From an uncultured delta proteobacterium (GTDB taxonomy: Bacteria > Desulfobacterota > Binatia > JACPRU01), in NCBI GenBank assembly GCA_963745025.1, contig CAVUWD010000008.1, forward strand, positions 160,001-224,000: a stretch of 64,000 bases of DNA, written 5' to 3'. A program made the translations under genes and the position numbers. A model generated the notes under the pieces. It saw only the letters and a list, made by a program, of their open reading frames with translations, did no database searches and had not been told where the DNA came from. Positions 58,692 through 64,000 of the stretch are shown piece after piece (position 1 is the stretch's first letter; every line of letters starts with the position of its first letter).

Positions 58692-60892
58692 ATCGGCTTC
58701 TGCGCGTCGCCCGGGTGATCGCGATCCTCTTGGCACCGGCATGCGAGGCCGCGGAGGGCGTGGAGCCGCCTTCGGTCGCCCGCTACGTCGGCCGGACCGC
58801 CTGCGCGGAGTGTCATGCGGCGGAGTCGAACGCGTGGCGGGGATCCCACCACGACCTCGCGATGCGGGAGGCGACCGAGGCCACCGTGCTCGGCGACTTT
58901 CGCAACGCCGAGTTTCGCTACGGGGCCGTGGTCTCTCGCTTCTTCCGCAAGCAGGGTCGCTTCCTCGTGCGCACCGACGGTCCCGACGGCAAGCTCCACG
59001 ACTACGAGGTGAAGTACACCTTCGGTGTCGATCCGCTGCAGCAGTACCTGATCGAGCTTCCGGGCGGCCGGCTGCAGGCGCTCTCGATCGCCTGGGACGC
59101 GCGCCCTAAGGCGAAAGGCGGCCAGCGCTGGTTTCATCTCTACCCGCAGGAGAGGATCGATTCCCGCGACGAGCTGCACTGGACGGGCATCAACCAGAAC
59201 TGGAACTCGATGTGCGCCGAGTGCCACTCGACTAACGTGCGCAAGGGCTACGATCCGGCGCATCGCACCTACCAGACGACGTGGTCCGAGGTCGACGTAT
59301 CCTGCGAGGCATGCCACGGGCCCGCCTCGCTCCACGTCGCGTGGGCGAGGCACGAGCCCGGGTGGGAGGCTCTTGATCGTCGCGGAAAGGGGCTGGAGAT
59401 TCTCCTCGACGAGCGCAAGGGAATCGGCTGGGGGCGCGATCCAGAGTCCGGGAATCCGCGGCGAACCGCCGAGCGCCGGACCGAGAAGGAGATCCAGCTC
59501 TGTGCTCGCTGCCACTCGCGCCGGAGCGAGCTCTCCGAAGACTACCGCTACGGCGCTCCGCTCATGGACACGCATCTGCCGGCGCTCCTCGCCCCCGCGC
59601 TCTACCACGCCGATGGGCAGATCGACGGCGAGGTCTACGAGTACGGCTCGTTCGTGCAGAGCCGAATGTATCGCGCGGGCGTGACCTGCAGCGACTGCCA
59701 CGAGCCCCACAGCCTCGCGTTACGCTCACCGGGAAACGGCGTCTGCCTGCAGTGTCACGCGACGGAGAAGTACGAGACGCCGAAGCATCATTTCCATGCG
59801 GCCGAGTCAGCCGGAGCGAGCTGCATCGCCTGCCACATGCCGACGAAAACCTACATGATCGTGCATCCACGGCACGATCACAGCCTGCGCGTCCCGCGGC
59901 CCGACCTATCGACTCGCCTCGGTACGCCGAATGCGTGCACGAGCTGCCACGGCGACAAGCCGGCGCAGTGGGCGGCGAGCAAGGTGCACGAGTGGTACGG
60001 GCGCGATCCGGCCGGCTACCAGCGCTTCGCCGAGCCGCTCCACGCAGCGAGGATGCACGCCGTCGATGCCGAGCCGCGCCTACTTTCGCTGCTCGCCGAC
60101 CCCGAGCAACCTGCGATCGCGCGCGGCACCGCGGCGATGTCGCTCGCCGATATGCAAAGCCCGTCGTCGCTTCAGCCGCTCGCGAAGGCGCTCGCCGATC
60201 CCGACCCGCTCGTGCGCGTGGGCGCGCTCGAGGTGCTCGAGCCGCTGCCGCCGGGCGAGCGCTGGCGAATGGCGAGTCGGCTCCTCGACGACTCCGTGCG
60301 GGCGGTGCGGATCCTCGCCGCGGGGCTGCTCGCTGGGACGCCCGTGCAGGCCATCTCCGGAAACGAGCGCGCCGCGCTCGAGCGGGCGATCGACGAGTAC
60401 GTCGCCGTGCAGCAGCTGAACGCCGACCGGCCATCCGCTCAGGTCAACCTCGGCAATCTCTACGCCGAGCGCGGGGAAGCCGCGAAGGCGGAAGAGCGCT
60501 ACCGCACCGCGCTCGAGCTCGATCCCGGCTGGATCCCGGCTTACGTGAACCTCGCGGATCTGATGCGCCAGACGGATCGTGATGCGGAAGGGGAGGGAAT
60601 CCTCCGTGACGGGCTGGCTCGTCGCCCAAACGATGCGTCGCTTCATCACAGCCTCGGGCTCCTGCTCGTGCGCAAGAAAGAGATGCCCGCGGCGCTCGCG
60701 TCGCTGAAGCGCGCGGCCGAGCTTGCTCCCGACGATCGGCGCTTCGCCTACGTTTATGCCGTCGGCCTGCAGAGCGCGGGTCAAGACCGTGAGGCTCTGG
60801 CGGTGATCGACGCTGCGCTGGGGCGCGCGCCGGGGGATCGGTCGCTCGCCAAGCTGCGCGGCGAGATCGCGGGCGCTTCGCCGACGCACTGA
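58682..60892 (+). CDS. Octaheme c-type cytochrome with HEAT and TPR repeats
   Basis: Eight CxxCH motifs (CAECH x2, CEACH, CARCH, CSDCH, CLQCH, CIACH, CTSCH); C-terminal HEAT and TPR repeats. Start approximate. Confidence 0.88.
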   Translation: MDLNRLLRVARVIAILLAPACEAAEGVEPPSVARYVGRTACAECHAAESNAWRGSHHDLAMREATEATVLGDFRNAEFRYGAVVSRFFRKQGRFLVRTDGPDGKLHDYEVKYTFGVDPLQQYLIELPGGRLQALSIAWDARPKAKGGQRWFHLYPQERIDSRDELHWTGINQNWNSMCAECHSTNVRKGYDPAHRTYQTTWSEVDVSCEACHGPASLHVAWARHEPGWEALDRRGKGLEILLDERKGIGWGRDPESGNPRRTAERRTEKEIQLCARCHSRRSELSEDYRYGAPLMDTHLPALLAPALYHADGQIDGEVYEYGSFVQSRMYRAGVTCSDCHEPHSLALRSPGNGVCLQCHATEKYETPKHHFHAAESAGASCIACHMPTKTYMIVHPRHDHSLRVPRPDLSTRLGTPNACTSCHGDKPAQWAASKVHEWYGRDPAGYQRFAEPLHAARMHAVDAEPRLLSLLADPEQPAIARGTAAMSLADMQSPSSLQPLAKALADPDPLVRVGALEVLEPLPPGERWRMASRLLDDSVRAVRILAAGLLAGTPVQAISGNERAALERAIDEYVAVQQLNADRPSAQVNLGNLYAERGEAAKAEERYRTALELDPGWIPAYVNLADLMRQTDRDAEGEGILRDGLARRPNDASLHHSLGLLLVRKKEMPAALASLKRAAELAPDDRRFAYVYAVGLQSAGQDREALAVIDAALGRAPGDRSLAKLRGEIAGASPTH

Positions 60893-61129
60893 TCGTCGCC
60901 CTGCCTTCGGAGCCTCCGAAACGACGGAGTTGCCCACGGGACATCGGAGGCAACTCGGCGCTCCTACGGCATCCGCCCAGGCTCTAGAGGCCGCGTTGCG
61001 AGCGCCAGGTCACCCCGATGCCGTCTCTTGGGGCATGGAAGGCTTCGAGAAAGAAGCTCGTGGCGGACAAGCCAGGCGCGAGCCCACCGCGTTCAAGTCA
61101 CGGAGGAAATTTCGCTCGGTAGGCTGCCT

Positions 61130-61173
61130 GGCCGGAGCCGGTTCGCGACCAACGGGAGCGATCTGTGGCGCAG
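61130..61173 (+). repeat. About 45-bp repeat, copy 1 (TCGCGACCAACGGGAGC core)
   Basis: About 90% identical to 63410-63454. Confidence 0.75.
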
Positions 61174-61177
61174 CCTC

Positions 61178-62089
61178 CTAGCTCGGGGGACGAAACGAGA
61201 ACGGCCAGGTGACGACCACGGTGCCCGTCGGCTCGGGAGGATAACGCCAGCCGCGGATCTGGTGCAGCACTTCCTGCTCGAGGTGCGGATCCCGCAGCTG
61301 GCTCGAAACCATAGTCACCTCGCCGATGGCGCCGCTGCCGAGAATCTCGTAGCGAACCACGATCAGGCCACGGAGCGCAGTGTCGTTGAGGAGTTCGTTG
61401 TTGTATGCCGAGCGAAGCCCCGCGAGATAGCGCTGCGTCCACTCCCAGATCGAGGCGTAGCTGCGGCCCGCTCCGCCGGCGCCGGCGCCCGAAACCGAGA
61501 AGCCGCCGCGTCCCGTACCGCCGCCCCCCGCCCCCGTGTTGCCGCTTCCCGAGTTCCAGCCGCTGCCCCCGCCACCGGGACCCGGTAGCGCGACCGAGCC
61601 GACGCCGGCTCCGAGGCTACCCGTCATCTGCGTACCCGTGACAACGACCGAACCGACCGCCACGTCGGCCTCGGATCGCGCCGTGCCGAGCGTGCTCGTC
61701 GGCGCGGGGCCCGACTTCTTCAACGCCGTGAGCAACCTTTGCTCCTCGACGGGCCGCTCGACGGGGAGCGGTTTCGGAGCCGGATGAGGGCGAGCGACGG
61801 CCTTTACCCGCGGAGCGGGTGGCGCCTTCGGCGCCTCGGCGGGCCTTACCTCTTCGGGAGGCGGTCCCACTGGACCCGGCTCGGCGCTCTTCTCGCCGGG
61901 CGGTGGTGACGCGGGTCCCTTCGGTCCCTCGAAGATCGAGACCTCGAGCGGTGGAGCGGGCACCTCGCGACGAATCGACGTGAGGATGACGAATGCGAAG
62001 GCCAGGTGCAGGACGAGCGAGAGCGAGAACGCGAGCGTGTGGCGGGGAGCCGGACTGTCAGCGCCAAAGATCAGGGTCGCTGCGGACAC
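61178..62089 (-). CDS. TonB-family energy transducer (AgmX/PglI-like C-terminus)
   Basis: N-terminal TM with SxxxH, Pro-rich and Gly-rich linkers, C-terminal VVVTWPFSF. Confidence 0.8.
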   Translation of the reverse strand: MSAATLIFGADSPAPRHTLAFSLSLVLHLAFAFVILTSIRREVPAPPLEVSIFEGPKGPASPPPGEKSAEPGPVGPPPEEVRPAEAPKAPPAPRVKAVARPHPAPKPLPVERPVEEQRLLTALKKSGPAPTSTLGTARSEADVAVGSVVVTGTQMTGSLGAGVGSVALPGPGGGGSGWNSGSGNTGAGGGGTGRGGFSVSGAGAGGAGRSYASIWEWTQRYLAGLRSAYNNELLNDTALRGLIVVRYEILGSGAIGEVTMVSSQLRDPHLEQEVLHQIRGWRYPPEPTGTVVVTWPFSFRPPS

Positions 62090-62111
62090 TTCGGGAAGTT
62101 TCGGGAAGATA

Positions 62112-62525
62112 TCAGCCCTTGCGGATCATCTCGACCGAGATCGCGAACTTCTTGACGCCGGCCGAGCGCACCAGATCGAGCAGGCGGATCACGTCGCCGT
62201 ACGCCACCTTCTTGTCTGCGCTGACGAGGACCTGAACGTCCGCATTCGCGGCGACTTCCTTCTGCACGAGCCCGAGCACCTTGGACTCCTCGACGCGCTT
62301 GTCGTTCAAGTAGACCGCGCCGCTCTGGTCGACGAGGAAGTGGAGGCTTCGCGACGGCGGCTCGTCGGCCTTGGACACCTGCGGCAACTCCACCTTGACG
62401 GCGGGCGCCACGATGAAGCTCGCCGTCACCATGAAGATGATCAGCAGCACGAGAGTGACGTCGACCAGCGGAGTGACGTTGATGCCGGTGATCGTGTCGT
62501 CGTCGTCGTGAGAGGAACCAGCCAT
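62112..62525 (-). CDS. exbD: Biopolymer transporter ExbD/TolR
   Basis: INVTPLVDVTLVLLIIFMVT, ADKKVAYG. Confidence 0.9.
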   Translation of the reverse strand: MAGSSHDDDDTITGINVTPLVDVTLVLLIIFMVTASFIVAPAVKVELPQVSKADEPPSRSLHFLVDQSGAVYLNDKRVEESKVLGLVQKEVAANADVQVLVSADKKVAYGDVIRLLDLVRSAGVKKFAISVEMIRKG

Positions 62526-62527
62526 GG

Positions 62528-63244
62528 TCAGGCGTTCTCCCGCAGCACGCGGACCTTCGGCTCCATCCTCGTGCCCGCCTTCAGGTGAGCGAGGATGATC
62601 CGCTCGATGGTCTCGGCGTTTGCGGCGAACTCCTTCACCTTCTTGTTGAAATAGTTGTAGGCGATGACTGCCGGAATCGCGACCAGCAGCCCCATCGCGG
62701 TGGCCACCAGAGCCTCGGAGATGCCGGTCATCACCGTCGTCGCGCCCGCCGCGGCGTTGCCCGCCTGGCCGAGATCGTGGAAGGCCTTGATGATGCCGAG
62801 CACGGTGCCGAACAGACCGAGGAACGGAGCGTTGTTGCCCATCGTGCCGAGAATCATCAGGTACTTCTCGAAGCGCAGGCGCTCGGCGACTTTGCGGCTC
62901 GCCATCATCTGCTCGACCGCTTGCTCGCCCTCGTCGAAGTGGTTGAGCGCGACCTTGGCGATTCGTGCTTCGGCACCCTTGGTGATGTCGGCGAGCGCGG
63001 TCGCGCCGTTCACGTCGTCACGGCCGAGCCGTTCGGTGAACGCCTCGATGAAGCGCTCGACCGGCGTGCGGTTGCGAAAGAAGTAGATCAGACGCTCGAT
63101 CATCACGGTGACGGAGAGGATGCTGGCGAAGATCAAGATCCACAGCACCCAGTCGCCGCCGATCAGCGTGAAACCCTTGAGAGCCTCGGTGATCGTGCTG
63201 CTGTTTTGGGAAAGCGCGGGAGTCGCTCCTGCGGTCGGTTCCAT
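62528..63244 (-). CDS. exbB: MotA/TolQ/ExbB proton channel
   Basis: APFLGLFGTVLGIIKAF, GISEALVATAMGLLVAIPA. Confidence 0.9.
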   Translation of the reverse strand: MEPTAGATPALSQNSSTITEALKGFTLIGGDWVLWILIFASILSVTVMIERLIYFFRNRTPVERFIEAFTERLGRDDVNGATALADITKGAEARIAKVALNHFDEGEQAVEQMMASRKVAERLRFEKYLMILGTMGNNAPFLGLFGTVLGIIKAFHDLGQAGNAAAGATTVMTGISEALVATAMGLLVAIPAVIAYNYFNKKVKEFAANAETIERIILAHLKAGTRMEPKVRVLRENA

Positions 63245-63409
63245 GAGCTGTCTTTCTCCTTCTCTACCGAGGGCGCGACGTCACGAGGTAGGCCGAGCAA
63301 CGACGATGGGAGGCGGCGGGTCCTCTTCGAGCGTGGTGCCTATATCATTGCGTTGGCGACGCGAGCGTAACCGATTTTGTCGTAGGAGGCTAGATCGGTG
63401 CGATGTTTC

Positions 63410-63454
63410 GGCCGGAGCCGGGGTCGCGACCAACGGGAGCCATCTGTGACGCAG
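63410..63454 (+). repeat. About 45-bp repeat, copy 2
   Basis: GGCCGGAGCCGGGGTCGCGACCAACGGGAGCCATCTGTGACGCAG. Confidence 0.75.
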
Positions 63455-63520
63455 TCACCCAGTGATGCATCCGCGAAGCCATACGGGGGGCGCGCGTTTC
63501 GCTGGAGGAGGCAGGCGGGC

Positions 63521-63772
63521 GTCTCCCCTCAGTCTTCGTCACGAATGCTGGGGGAAGATGGAGCGCGCGGTCGGTTGTGATCGACCCGAGTCCGGGCCGA
63601 TCACAACCGACCGCAGCCGCGCGGAGCGCGGGAGACAATAGCCCACCGAATCGGCCTATTGCGTTCAGCGCTTCGCGCTGTTGCGCTTGGTTTTCGTCGA
63701 TCCGAGTACGAATCGACGAAAACCAAGCGCGTTTTTTCGTGTCGCCGAGCATCCTACAGAGACTGAGGCCCT
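63521..63772 (-). repeat. Three-hairpin dispersed element, copy 4 (complete form)
   Basis: Reverse complement of 37641-37837 plus hairpin B; subterminal inverted repeat CCTCAGTCT/AGACTGAGG. Confidence 0.88.
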
Positions 63773-63854
63773 ACAGGCGGGCCGACTTTGTTCTTGACTC
63801 GGAGGGTCGCGTGCCGGGAAACTGACCCCGCCACCCTCGGAGCGCTCGCAGGCG

Positions 63855-64000
63855 ATGATGCTGCGGCGTATCACCGATTGGCCGCTCGACGAGCGGCCGA
63901 GGGAGAGGCTCCTCGAGAAGGGCGCCGGCGCGCTTTCCGAGGCCGAGTTGCTGGCGCTGGTCTTGCGGACGAGCGGCGTTCGGGGAGAGACCGCCGTCGA
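63855..64000 (+). CDS. radC: RadC family protein, N-terminus (runs off window)
   Basis: [34 protein letters not shown]. Confidence 0.9.
   Translation, partial: MMLRRITDWPLDERPRERLLEKGAGALSEAELLALVLRTSGVRGETAV

Noticed and set aside
65-63370. Numerous long antisense and alternate-frame ORFs
   Set aside because: These are expected shadow ORFs in high-GC DNA; they are Arg/Ala/Pro-rich and lack motifs.

Overview
High-GC bacterial chromosomal DNA with about 55 genes. The gene set (class III CoA-transferases, LLM/F420 oxidoreductases, SDRs, crotonases, P450, long-form HflX, TupABC, MoaC, TrxB, ExbBD-TonB, octaheme cytochrome, RadC) is typical of Binatia/Deltaproteobacteria-like MAGs; this taxonomy is inference. 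I recognised no rRNA, tRNA, CRISPR array or intact transposase. Four points stand out. (1) Four dispersed copies of a roughly 200-280 bp three-hairpin non-coding element have divergent stems but conserved pairing and a conserved CCGAGTACG-type loop; one copy is nested in a GGCTAC/GTAGCC REP-like hairpin. (2) There are many gene stubs and pseudogenes, including an ISL3 remnant joined to the 5' end of an uncharacterised putative mobile-element gene. (3) A stand-alone MORC-like GHKL ATPase lies between a decayed SRAP gene and a decayed Phd-VapC module. (4) Two near-identical divergent sigma-54 promoters face away from each other. Several single-base frameshifts in otherwise intact genes may be sequencing or assembly errors. 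All protein calls come from motif recognition by eye; no database searches were run.
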